Shown one piece after another: positions 24,129 to 36,726 of a DNA stretch of 64,000 nt (positions within the stretch are counted from its first letter, which is position 1; each line of letters begins with the position of its first letter). The stretch covers positions 11,222,001 to 11,286,000 of the forward strand of contig JBHGNT010000015.1 of NCBI GenBank assembly GCA_043228905.1, read 5' to 3'. The notes beneath the pieces were generated by a model, which made no database searches, was not told the origin of the DNA, and saw only the letters and a list, made by a program, of their open reading frames with translations. The stretch is from Azolla caroliniana. Taxonomy: Eukaryota; Plantae; Polypodiophyta. The position numbers were made by a program, and so were the translations under genes.

Positions 24129-27100
24129 ACAGTAGAGGTCAACCTTCCGGGTTGCTCTACATTGGTACTACACAATGTCTAACATGTACCTAAGCTCTCA
24201 AGTCCATTGATCTCAGTTAGACAACTTGATGAGGATGACATCCGTGCGATCTTCTCATCAGGAGGTTGGACACTCCACAAGGAGAACCTCCTACTTGCTC
24301 GAGGACTGAAAGTACATTCGTTGTACCCATTATATGTCACACTCAGAGAGGGTGACTTGTTCCTAGTTGACATTCCCATTTCATAACTATGGCATGGATG
24401 ATTCAGACACCTCAGCAATGCTGGCATCATGCATTTATCTACCCAAACTCTCCTTCTCCAATCATGAATTCTGCGAGCAGTGCCAGTGTGGCAAACAAAT
24501 AGCCGCCTCACACGCAACATCAGCATCGAGAGAATTGAGCCCACTCGATCTGGTCCACTCGAATGTCTGTGGTCCTATGCCACATCAGTCTCTCGGCGGT
24601 GCCCTATACTTCCTCAGCTCTATCGACGATTCAACTCGAACGGTGTGGGCTTATCCAATCAAAACCAAAAATCGAGTATTCTCGATTTTTTCTGAATGGC
24701 TCTCTATGGTGGAGAACCAATCTGGTCAAAAGCTAAAATTTCATCGGACTAACAACGGAGGAGAGTTCAAGTCTAGAGAATTCATCAGATTTTGCCGACA
24801 ACGCGGCATAAGACGTGAATACACGGCACTGCATAGTTCGGAGCAAAATGGAATTGCCGAGCGAATGAATCAAACAAATCAAGAAAGGATAGTTTCCATG
24901 ATCCAACACTTCAGTCTATCAGATGGCTTCTGGGTAGAGGCCGTACATATGGTAATACACATAATCAATATTTCACTAAGTAGGACTCTAGGACTTCGAA
25001 TACCTCAGGAATTATGGACCGACAGTAAGCTCAATTACGACAAACTAAGGATTTTCGGGTGCGAGGCATACACCCTCATTTGGAAGGACGATCGCCAAAA
25101 AATCGAACCACGGTCTAGGAAATGTATTTTCCTTGGTTATGGACCATATGGCATAATCAGATACCGACTCTGGGATCCCAGACACAGAAAGATCGTCCGA
25201 AGTTCGGATGTAGTGTTCAATGAGTCGACTATGCATAAGACGGCCGAAAGGCGTATTGAAGTTCGAAGGGTAACTTTTTCCGAATTGCCAATAGTTCATG
25301 AAGGCCCAACACATAACACGAGGTCGGCTTCACGGGTAGCCGAAACCTCTCGCACCGACTCGGCAACGCCCGACTTGGCATAGCTTAACGGTTCGGCTTT
25401 GGACCATCCGACCACGATACCCGATGTGACTAGTCTAGTCATACCACGAAGATCTGAAAGACTGTCTCAACCCCCGAAGAGGTACTCTCCTATAATCTTC
25501 TTTACGGACGCCGGCGAACCGACGTCTTACGAAGAAGCATAAGCATCCGCCGATCTGGCCACATGGCATTTGGCGATAAAGTCGGAAATGAACTCCATTT
25601 GACAAAATAAGACTTGGGACTTGGTCAAATTATCAAAAAAATGATGTGCTCTTCCGTGCAAGTGGGTCTATAGAATAAAAGAAACGTCTGATTCTACCAT
25701 CCCAAAATTCAAGGCCAGATTAGTTGAGAAAACGTTTCGACAAGAATATGGAGTCGATTTTGACGAGATCTTTTCACTAGTGGTGAAAATGACAACCCTT
25801 TGATTCATGCTCGGCGTCGTGGAAACCGAAGATTTAGAGCTAATTTAGCTAGATGTAAAAATGGCTTTCCTCCATGGTGACTTAGAAGAGGAAGTTTATA
25901 TGGAGCAGTCGAAAGGCTTCTTGGTATCCGGCAAAGAACATCTAGTCCACCGACTCAGGAAGAATTATATGGACTAAATCAAGCACTGAGACAATGGTAT
26001 AAGAAGTTCGACGATTTCATCCAATCAGTCGGCTTTTCAAAGAGCGATGAGGAAAACAACTCGAGATGGGTTACCCATCTTTCCCATCATCTACATGGAT
26101 GACATGTTACTCTCTGGTCGACATGTCCGAGAGCTCGCCGAATTTTTTCGGCAAATGCATTGAAGTTCACCATCAAGGACCTTGGTTCGGCAAGACACAT
26201 TGTCAGAATGAAGATAAGTCGGAATCGGAATCAAACATAGTCGTTCCTTTCTCAATCCGACTATATTGGGCGTGTCTTAGAATACTTCAACATGAAATCA
26301 ACCAAATCTTCTTCGACCTCGCTCCCAATTAGTCTTAGGCTGTCTCAGCGAGACTGTCCGACATCCAGTCCGGAGGGGAAATTTATGAAGTCAGTACCGT
26401 ATGCACCAACAGTCGGCTCCTTGATGTACATGATGGTCGCGACAAGGCCTCACATTGCTCATGTCGTCGGACTCATTAGCAGATTCATGCACGATCCTAG
26501 TCGATCGCATTGGAATGCGGTAAAGCATGTGATCGGATATCTGGTGGGCACAAAAGACTATGGGATCTTATTCAGCCCAAATGGCACTTCAAGCGTAGTC
26601 GGATACACTGACTCGGACTTTGCCGGTTGTGTGGACAATAAAAAATCGACAACCGGTTATTGTTTCAAATTTGGAAATGGAGCAATCTCATGGAAATCAA
26701 AACTTGAGGAGTGCACTACCACATTAACGACCTAGGCCAAATACGTAGATGCGTCCGATGTGGTGAAAGAGGCCTTACGACTCAGTCAGCTGGCTTGCAC
26801 ATTTCGACAAGTCCAATCTGACTCAGCTCTGGTTGTCTATAATGATAGTCAAGGGGTTGTCGCTGTATCGAAAAATCCGATTCAACACAACACCTCAAAG
26901 CAAATCGACGTGAGATATCACTTTGTTCGGGACTATGTCATTTCGGGGAAAATCAGCCTCAAGAAGATACCTACAACCGATAACATCGCAAACGGTATGA
27001 CCAAGTGTCTTTCGGTGGATCGATTCCAATCCCTATGGCACCAGATGGGCATAACAAATAATCGGTCTGACTAAGTCGGACATTCATAACGGTTTCGAAC

Positions 27101-30100
27101 AATCATCATCGACAATTTGAAGTTTAGTCTCAATTCCTCCGACTCCGGCCAATTCGGCCTTATGTTTTTCGTAGTTTACCAACTTGAATAAAAATCTGAT
27201 TTGTTTGACAACTTTGTACAAATCTGTATTGTTCACTTATATGAAAGATTTCGGATGTAAACGCCCATTACGGGAGAGTGTCGAATACGGGTCTCTAATG
27301 GACACATTCACATTGTCCCACTTGTACACACTAGGTTTAGGGCATTTTTGTAAATATGAAGAAGGGTAGTTGCCTTAAGTCAGTCAATATATAAACTAAC
27401 TTACTTTGTAACCTAGCTGAGTGGTTGTTCTTTCTGTACATTGAGGCATTGAGCTTGAGTAATAGAGTTCATCTTGTGCCTAACTTTCTATTCTCTCCTT
27501 CTTGCATTCGTGTTGATCTTGTTACATGATTTAGTTCCTTATAATCATCAATCTACTCGACTTGTACCTGTTAATGATCTTTCACTAGAGGATGTTGAGA
27601 TTGTTCCGCACTAGACGGTCGTGATCCCAATAGGTGCCTCACCTTCCGGTCCATAGACTTATATTTCGTGTCCACCTGAGTGGTCTGATCCGCCCCGATC
27701 ATCTTCCCGAAGTCTGCGATGACTTTGTACATCGCGACCAAACTAACCAGAGTTATCCGGTCTTTGCTCGATCCTCTTCAACTATCCTCTCGATCTCCCC
27801 GAGGGTGCCATTGAAAGAGACCACCTCCACGATGCCACTGATCTCTTCGTTGGGTGCCAAGGCTCCGCATGCCTTCAAGCGTCCTTTGACCTGCTTCTTT
27901 TCCCGGCCATCGATGCCAGCTATGGTGCAACCTCCATTAATAGAGGGCCAAATTTTCCTACTTACATGTATGGGGATTTTTACAGATGTCCAAACTATCA
28001 AGACCCCACGCCTTGATAGCCCTTTTCAAAAATCCTCTCGGCTTTCGTTGCCGAGAGAGTCCTTGTTCCACTCGTGGTTCGGTCAGACTATTAGGAATTG
28101 GACGGAGTGGCGACCGTCCTCACTTTTTACCCGTGCATAGGCTGAACCGTTGTCCAGCACCTTTGTTTCCATCCAGGCCGCCTTGATGTAGGGCTCACCA
28201 AGGATTACCGGGTGTGACAATGTCTCCTACACGAAGAAATGTTGGTCAATCTCAACATCTTTGACCTTTACCTAAACAGTCCGTGAAGCTCTTTCATGGC
28301 GCGGGTCGCCACACGTATCTTCCAGTCATGCTTGCTGTTGATCGGCCACTTCCCCTTCTTGTGGAAGTCCATGGACATCAAGTTGATTTCAGATTCGTGG
28401 TCGATGAGAGCCACCACCCGGTTCTTTCACATCCTTGATCCAGACTAGGGTCTCCGTTGTCACTCTTGCCCAATGTGGCTGTAGGTAGTGGCTTTCGGTG
28501 TATTCATTTTCTATCGCCACTTCATCGATGTCTACAGCCTTCACTTCGGTCAGCCTCTTGTTCTCTAGATCTTACAAGATTCACTTCCTTTTCACGAGGT
28601 CTACGATGGAATCGTGGAACTCTTTCTTTGCTATCCCTAGCACCTCCCTCAAGGTGAGTTCCACGTGGTCATCAAGGATTTGTTCCTCCAAGACCTTTCG
28701 TAGGTCCATCGCTCTCTCTATTTCCGAGCTCAACTCGAAGCTCGGGAACCTAGCCTTCTCCTGTGATCCGGCCAGACCCCCATCATTTGCCTTCGGTCCG
28801 CACCGAGTCTCATATCGGTTAGAGGTACCAGCCCCTCCGACCATCCCGGCCCACTTGTCTTCAACCAGAACCTTATAGTTTTGGCATGCAACTTCTACAA
28901 AGTTGGTTTTCTCCTCCAGCGGATCGTTCCATCCAGTGACCTCCTAGACCCGTCTCTCTGCGTTGTCCGCTTCTTCCTTCCTTACCCTCACCCCGGATAG
29001 GCCCTCCAGTACAAGTGGCCAGAATCTAGAGTCATTTCTAGAACCCACACTCCTTCCTTCGCCTACCCAAATCCCTACCGACACCAAGTATTGAATGGCC
29101 TTAGCGTTGTAGGCCGCGGCTTCCTCCATTAACCGCTTCATTCCCCCCTCAGCCGGTGTTCAATTCGAGGGGTTTCCAAGTCTCACAAGCGTGTACCCGA
29201 TCGTTCCACATGTACACGATGTTGTTCTTGAGTGCATCTGTAAAATCAGTGCACTCTCTCTGGAAGTGGCCGGCCGCATCGCACCACATGAACCTCTGGT
29301 AGTTCGGTGGGTGCCGATTGCATGATTGGTCGTCGCCTTCCCTCCGGGCCTGCGCGATTTGGAGATTGCACACCATCAGCTCTTCTAGAGTTGCACCCGC
29401 GGTTGATCCTTTGACCATGTTGGCCAGAACCGGGCCCAACTCGAGTCGTCTTCTCATTTATTTTGACCAAGCCAGGATCTCTTCGGCTCTCCTCCCAGCA
29501 GTCGAATCGGTTGACGACGTTCCAACGTCGTTCCAATCGCGTAGTTTGTCGAAATGGTTGCAAAATCTTTTAACCATGGCCCAGTTGGATGTGAGCCCTT
29601 CATCCATCTCCAAGAGGAGACCCACCTTCTCGTGGTCGAGTAAGTCGACCGACTTAACAAACAGTAGGACCTTGCTCGTATCGAGCACGGTCCGGCTCAA
29701 TGTCGAGAGTTGCGCCAATCGCTTCTCAAATTCCTGAAGAAGCGTGAACGTATTCCGGCCTTTGTCAGGGCTCTCGACCCAATCCATAAACTCTTTCTTT
29801 GACAAATGGAGCAAGTCATCAAAGTCGTACCTTTTAAGGAGCTGCCCCTCGAAATCCGTCCAGTTACAACACTCTACTTGCACTTCGACCACCAGAGTGT
29901 GGATGCTTGGCATAACGACACAAAGGAATCCAGCCAGTCGTTTGTCCTACGGAATATCCCTCATTATCATTTTGGCCCTGTAGGCCTCCAGCTAGCTTGT
30001 CGCATCTTTGCCATTGAATCGGCCTATCGCGTTGACTATCGACTCAATGGCCTTGTCGAGGGCGCTCGTGCCCTCTCGAGCATTCACCAGGCGGTCAACG

Positions 30101-30147
30101 ACCACCGCCATCGCCTCCACTAGTTTGCTGCTCCTTTGGCCCCCCTC

Positions 30148-30165
30148 TTCACGTCGGGTTCACCA
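30148..30165 (-). promoter_or_regulatory. tRNA-Trp primer binding site of E3
   Basis: Plus strand TTCACGTCGGGTTCACCA, 18/18 to the plant tRNA-Trp 3' end (recalled). Confidence 0.85.
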
Positions 30166-30194
30166 AAGATGTGGCGGAAGTCCGCATGCACGTG

Positions 30195-33100
30195 TGATGG
30201 AAATAATCGAAACTTTCCAAACTTCACCTCTCGGCCACAACCAAGGAAAACACACGAATCGTTGTTGCAGAAAATGGGAAATGCAGTGGACACACGATTT
30301 AACGTGGAAAACCCTGTACGGGAAAAACCACGGGAGTACAAGACTCTGAAGCAAAACTATGCACAGAGAAGTATACAATGGCGAGCTGCAAGGCGACGAC
30401 CTTGAGCTCGCTGTCCTCGCCACAGGCGGCGGAAATACACAGAGGCGTCGACCTCTTCCTCTCTCACGCTCTATCTCTCTCACGGCTGCTCTCTCTTCAC
30501 TCCTCTTGAGTGGAAAAACAGAAAAATGAGTAGCAACATTAAAACTGTTTGCCCTAAGTCACATTTATACACATGTGACTTTCGGGCTATTTACAACTAT
30601 AGCCTCAAGGGCTCTTGGCAAACATATTCACGAATATATCCCCGCATCCGGATCTCTCTCCGGGTACATTCGTCATCCGGCTCCGTAACCGGGATCTTCA
30701 TCATCCGGTTCCGAAACCGAAACCGGGCTTGTCGTCATTCATCTCCGACATCCGACCATCCCATCCGAAAGGGACCGTAATCCCAACAAACTCCCCCTTC
30801 ACTTCGGCATGGGATGTCTCTCCAATCCGATCCTCTTCCGGCATGCTTCCAGCTTGTCGGGTGTGAGCACCTTGGTCAGCATATCCGACCCGTTCTCGTC
30901 CGTGTGGATCTTCGTCAGCACGAACTCCTTGTCTTCTATCCTTTCCCGGATCCAGTGGTATCTACGTTGGATGTGTTTCGTCCGGGAATGGTAGGCCGCG
31001 TTCTTTGCAAGGTGGATGGCACTCTGACTATCGCAGTAGAGTCGGTACTCCTCCTGCCGGATCCCGAGCTCTCTAATGAAGTCCTTCATCCATATTATTT
31101 CCTTGCCGGCTTCAACAGCTGCCATGTACTCCGCCTCCGTGGTTGACAACGCAACCGTCTTCTGCAGCCTCGACTGCCACGAAACGGCTCCCCCTGCATA
31201 GGTCATCACATACCCGGATGTGGACCGACTGGTATCTGCATCAGCCGACATATCCGAATCGGTAAAACCGTCAAGTTCGGGCTTACCGGAGCCGAATCGG
31301 AGGCACACGTTTGTCGTGCCCTTCAGGTATCGGAGTATCCACTTGGCCGCGTTCCAATGCTCTTTGCCGGGATTGCTCATGTACCGGCTCACCACTCCGA
31401 CTGCATATCCGATGTCCGGTCGGGTACACACCATTGCGTACATCAAGCTTCCGACGGCAGAGGCATATGGCACTTTCATCATGTCCTCCTTCTCAGCCTT
31501 TGTCTTGGGGCTTTGCTTGCTGGACAACTTGCAGTTTGCCGGGAGGGTTGACCCGACCGGTCTTGCTTCCGACATGTTGAACTGTTTAAGCACCTTTGTC
31601 ACGTACTTCTCCTGTGACAGCCACAACTGCTTCTTGCTCCGGTCCCGGATGATGTGCATGCCTAGTATTTGTCTCGCCGGACCCAAGTCCTTCATTGAGA
31701 AGGTTCGGTGAAGAGCCTTCTTCAGCATCCGTATCTTGACCTGGTCTCGTCCGACGATCAACATGTCGTCCACGTACAGGAGGAGTATTAGAAAGTCTCC
31801 TCCTTCGAACTTCTTCACAAACACGCAGTGGTCGGACTGCGTTTTGAGGTACCCTTCGTCGGTCATGAAAGAGTCGAACTTCCGGTACCATTGCCGGGGA
31901 GCCTGCTTCAGTCCGTAGAGGCTCTTCTTCAACCGGCATACCAGGTGCTCCTTCCCTTTCTTCTCGAATCCTTCCGGTTGCTGCATGTAGATCTCTTCTT
32001 CGAGGTCACCGTGAAGGAATGCCGTCTTCACGTCCATCTGTTCTACCTCGAGGTCCATGCTTGCCGCTATGCTCAGCACCGTCCGGATGGAGGTCATCTT
32101 CACTACCGGGGCAAATATCTCGTCGAAGTCGACGCCCTTCTTCTGCTGAAACCCCTTCACCACGATCCTGGCTTTGTATCTCGGGGGGTTTCCGGCATCT
32201 CCCGGTTTCAGCTTGAACACCCACTTGTTTCGAAGTGCCCGCTTTCCTTTCGGCAACTCCACAAGTTCATATGTGTGGTTCTCATGCAGGGAATCCATCT
32301 CGTCCTGCATGGCACTCAACCACCTGCGGCTCTGGGTGTCATGCTTTGCTTCTTCAAAGCTCTCCGACTCCCCTTCGTCGGTTAGCAGCACGTGCTCTGG
32401 TTCCGGAAATCTCCGGGGGGCCCTTCTCTCTCTTAGAGGATATCTCCGTTCCGGAGCTTCGGTGACCGGCTCCTCCGTTTCCTCTTCATCCGAATCCATT
32501 TCGGGATCGGGGCCGGTTCCGGTATCAGTTTCATCTTCCTCGGCCGGTTCTGTTTCTTCACCGTCTTCGGCCGGATCCTCGAGTGCTAACCGGTCCCTTG
32601 CCGGTCGGGACTGCTCCTCGTAGAGTTGATCCTCACCGGTCGACTTGGAGCTCTTCATCTTCTTCTCCGACTCCCAGTCGGCGAGTGTCTTGTTCTCCAT
32701 GAAGATGATATCACGACTTCGGAATATCTTCTTGTCGACCGGGTCCCATACTCGGTAGCCGAACTCGTCATCGCCGTAACCGAGGAATATGCATGGCCGG
32801 GTCTTTGGATCTAGCTTTCCTCTCCGGTCCTTAGCCACATGCACATATGCGAGACACCCGAACACCTTCAGATGCCGGTAGGATACTTCCCTACCGGTCC
32901 ACACTCTCTACGGCGTGTCTCCGTCCAAAGGTACTGAGGGTGATCTGTTTATCACGTATGTCGCCGTCGACATCGCCTCAGCCCAAAACCCCTTGGGTAA
33001 TTCCGCATGCGCCAGCATACTCCGGACCCTCTCCATTATGGTCCGGTTCATCCTCTCGGCCAGCCCGTTTAGTTCTGGCGTCTTCGGCACAGTAAACTCG

Positions 33101-35496
33101 AGCCGGATTCCCTTCGAGCGACAGTACTCCGCGAACTGCCCCCGGTATTCCCCTCCGTTATCCACTCGTATCGCTTTCAGCTTCTTGCCGGATTCCCTTT
33201 CCACTCTCGCGTGGAGTTCTTTGAAGACGGACAACACTTGGTCCTTTGTCTTCAACGGTGCCGTCCACAGCTTCCGGCTGTGATCATCAATGAATGTCAC
33301 GAAGTACTGGGCTCCGCCATGTGACTTCGTTTCTACCTGACACACATCAGTATGCACCAACTCCAATGGTGCGCTACGTCTCGTCGGTGGCCTTGAGTGG
33401 AAGGAGGTTCGGTTCTGCTTACCGGCCAGGCAATCGGTGCACTTCTCCAGGTGCACATGCTTCACTGGAATAAGGTTGTCTTCTGCAAGCCTCTTCATCC
33501 CCTTCTCACTCATGTGGCACAGTCTCTTGTGCCAGAGCTCACCGGCAGTGTCGGCTGCCACGTTCAACTCTTTCGGACACAACCAGGCATTCATAAGGTA
33601 CAGTGTGTTGACTTTCCGGGCCCGAGCCACTATCAGGCTTCCCTTGCTGAACTTCATTACGCCGTTCCGGATGCTACCTGTGTAGCCTTCATCGTCTAGC
33701 CTCCCGGCCGAAATCAGGTTCAATCGAACCTCCGGAACGTGTCGGACATCCTTCAGCAGCATTTTGCATCCGGTCGGGGTTGTCAACCACACGTCTCCTA
33801 TGCCGGCAATCCGGCACGTACCTTCATTTCCCATCCGAACACAGCCATGCTCACCGGTTGTGTAGGATGAGAAGTATCTTCTTTCCGGGGTCAGGTGGAA
33901 CGACGCTCCGGAATCAACCACCCAGGTAGTCTCATCGCCGGCAATGTTTAGTTCACCTTCTTCGGTGATGAGCATGATCTCCTCTTCACTTGCCGCGAGT
34001 GCCGTCGTTCCTTTCCGGTCCTGCCCTCGCCGATCCGAACCATTCCGGTCCGTGGCTCCCCGGTAAACACCGTTCCGTTCCGAAGACTTCTTCGAATCGG
34101 TGTCGTCGGCTCCGTTGTCTTTTCGGTAATGCCGACAATTCTTTCGGAAGTGCCCCGGATTCCCACAGTGGAAGCATGTGGGCCTTCCTCTTGACTGCGA
34201 CCGGGTCCCCGACTTCTCCCGTCTTTGCGGACTCCGGTTCCATTGTCTTCCCCGATCCGATTCGGTAAGCAGCGCCTTCGAGTCGGAGGCCGGTTCTTTA
34301 TCTCTCCGACGCGCTTCTTCATTCAAAATACTTGTCTTTACCGTTTGTAGGGACAAGTTATCTTCGGTGCAGGAGGTGCTGAGAGTCACCACCAAGTTCT
34401 CCCAGCTTTCCGGCAATGTACACATCAGAATGATGGCTTGCATTGCATCCTCCAGCGGGAACTTGATCGCCGCAAGCTGGTTCACGAATCCCATGAACGT
34501 GCTTACGTGTTCCACCATACTCTCGCCGTCCCGGTACTTGAGGTTCACTATCTTCCTCATCAGGGAGGTCCGGTTCAACGCATTCTTCCTCTCATAGAGG
34601 CCCGACAGCTTCCGCCACATCTCATATGCGTTGGTGTCGTTCGCCACATGTTGTAGAACGCTCACGTCTACGTATTGCCGAATGGTTGCAACGGCTTTCC
34701 GGTTCAGAAGCCTCCATTCCGACTCAAGTACCCCCTTCGGTATTTCCGACTTGTCAATCGGTTCGTACAGGTCCCGAACAATCAGAAGATCCTCCATCTT
34801 GATCTTCCAGTCGGCGTAATTCTGCGCATTCAGCACCATCATCCCCGGCTGCCCGCTGCCGCCGCCTTCCATTTTCTGTAGCAACTCGCTCTGATACCAA
34901 ATTGATGGAAATAATCGAAACTTTCCAAACTTCACCTCTCGGCCACAACCAAGGAAAACACACGAATCGTTGTTGCAGAAAATGGGAAATGCAGTGGACA
35001 CACGATTTAACGTGGAAAACCCTGTACGGGAAAAACCACGGGAGTACAAGACTCCGAAGCAAAACTATGCACAGAGAAGTATACAATGGCGAGCTGCAAG
35101 GCGACGACCTTGAGCTCACTGTCCTCGCCACAGGCGGCGGAAATACACAGAGGCATCGACCTCTTCCTCTCTCACGCTCTATCTCTCTCACGGCTGCTCT
35201 CTCTTCACTCCTCTTGAGTGGAAAAACAGAAAAATGAGTAGCAACATTAAAACTGTTTGCCCTAAGTCACATTTATACACATGTGACTTTCGGGCTATTT
35301 ACAACTATAGCCTCAAGGGCTCTTGGCAAACATATTCACGAATATATCCCCGCATCCGGATCTCTCTCCGGGTACATTCGTCATCCGGCTCCGTAACCGG
35401 GATCTTCATCATCCGGTTCCGAAACCGAAACCGGGCTTGTCGTCATTCATCTCCGACATCCGACCATCCCATCCGAAAGGGACCGTAATCCCAACA
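30195..35496 (-). mobile_element. Full-length young Ty1/copia family A element
   Basis: 594-bp LTRs 30195-30788 and 34903-35496 (about 3 differences seen); TSD ACGTG; PBS TGGTATCAGAGC (tRNA-iMet) 34888-34899; PPT 30789-30800. Confidence 0.97.
30799..34872 (-). pseudogene. Copia gag-pol polyprotein with a single premature TAG at 32908-32910
   Basis: ATG 34872; CFHCGNPGHFRKNC, VDSGAS, integrase, YVDD, RNaseH in one frame; the sister copy has CAG at the stop. Confidence 0.92.
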
Positions 35497-36726
35497 ACGT
35501 GCAGGATCCGGGGTGGGACCACCATGGTCTTAGACCAAGGAGCCGGTAAGAAAAGTGTGAAGGAGAGGTATGGCTATCCGGATTTCCTTCGGATGACTTC
35601 CACGAAGCGTTGTACGAACAAGTATCCGGTCGAGATCGGTTTCCGGAAGACGGATGAGGAGCACACGGGCTCGGACACGTGAACTGCATCGCGTCGGCTT
35701 GTCGCCAGATACCGGACAATGAGCACTCAGCTCAGAGACTCTGGTTAAGCATGCAATCAGGTAGAACAGAGATATGAATGCAGACGGAAGCAGAGAAAAG
35801 ATACTCAATGACACAGTGAAAACCTAATACAACAAAGATAATCGATTAATCAATGACAGAGAGGAATACACCCAAACTCGGCCAGTAACAGAGCCCTAAG
35901 CTCTTAACACAGACACGTTGGCCCTAGTGAGCCTCTGATCGGGAGCACATGGGCTTCTAGCGCGAACAGAGGCCTCACAAAAGCACACCGAAATGACAAG
36001 ACAAAAACCGTTGTCTTGCAGAGCTCCAACCGACAACACTTTGTCCTCCAAAATGATGGATCCCTTCCTTAGTCTTTCCTACCTCCTTTTGTAGTTCAAG
36101 GAGAGGGACGAGTTGTTACATGGTCCTAAGACAACCACTTTACTCCTTGATTCTCTCCTCGATCTCCTCCAATCAATCACCTTTATTCCTCTTTTCGTGT
36201 GACCATAAAGTACCTATCAAATCCCTTGTACTTTATATTCCTCAACGCTCAACTAATACTATGTTATTTACACATGTTTGTACATAAAGACAATTTTCAT
36301 TTGCATACTTGCACACCCCCGTTCAAGCCCATTCGGCTCTGTTTTCTTCCTATGGCCGGAATCCTTCACGACACCGGTGCACTACAATATGTAATGGTAT
36401 TGCAAAGTCCGCCAAATACCAAAGCATCTAGCTGTGCCACTAGATTTGGCCAAGGAACCGGCTCAATGCCTTCGTGTTCATTGGTGCCGGTGCTTGCAAA
36501 ATCTCTTTCACTTTGTCTGGATCGACGACGATGCTGTCCTGACTTAGAATGTGGCCAAGCAATGCTCCGTTGGTGATTGTGAATGGACATTTCACCGGAG
36601 TCAAACTTAGTTTGGTTTTCTGGCATTTTTCTAAACACGTTCGGAAATGTTCTAAGTGTTTCGTCTTCCGGCTGTACACAGCGAAGTCGTCTAGGAAAAC
36701 CTACATAAACGCTAGAATGTATTCAC

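Larger units (their letters stand above)
21460..27584 (+). mobile_element. Degenerate Ty1/copia family B (5' LTR missing; 3' LTR ~27279-27584)
   Basis: Colinear homolog of 36727-42263 (ATG 21893 KFDGSNFNFWKEQM to stop 27074); PPT CGGGAGAG then TGTCGAATAC. Confidence 0.88.
27585..36373 (-). mobile_element. Degenerate tRNA-Trp-primed gypsy-type element E3 (5' LTR 30170-30194 + 35502-36373; gag, zinc knuckle, protease)
   Basis: PBS 30148-30165; gag homologous to E1/E2; WCDAAGHFQREC knuckle; protease-like ALIDHESEINLMS near 28380-28410; 3' truncated. Confidence 0.8.

Noticed and set aside
30148-30165. tRNA-Trp gene
   Set aside because: Only the 3' 18 nt including CCA, next to an LTR: a PBS, not a gene
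34873-35049. N-terminal extension of the 713-aa ORF
   Set aside because: Runs through the LTR and PBS from a non-ATG start; the real start is the ATG at 34872
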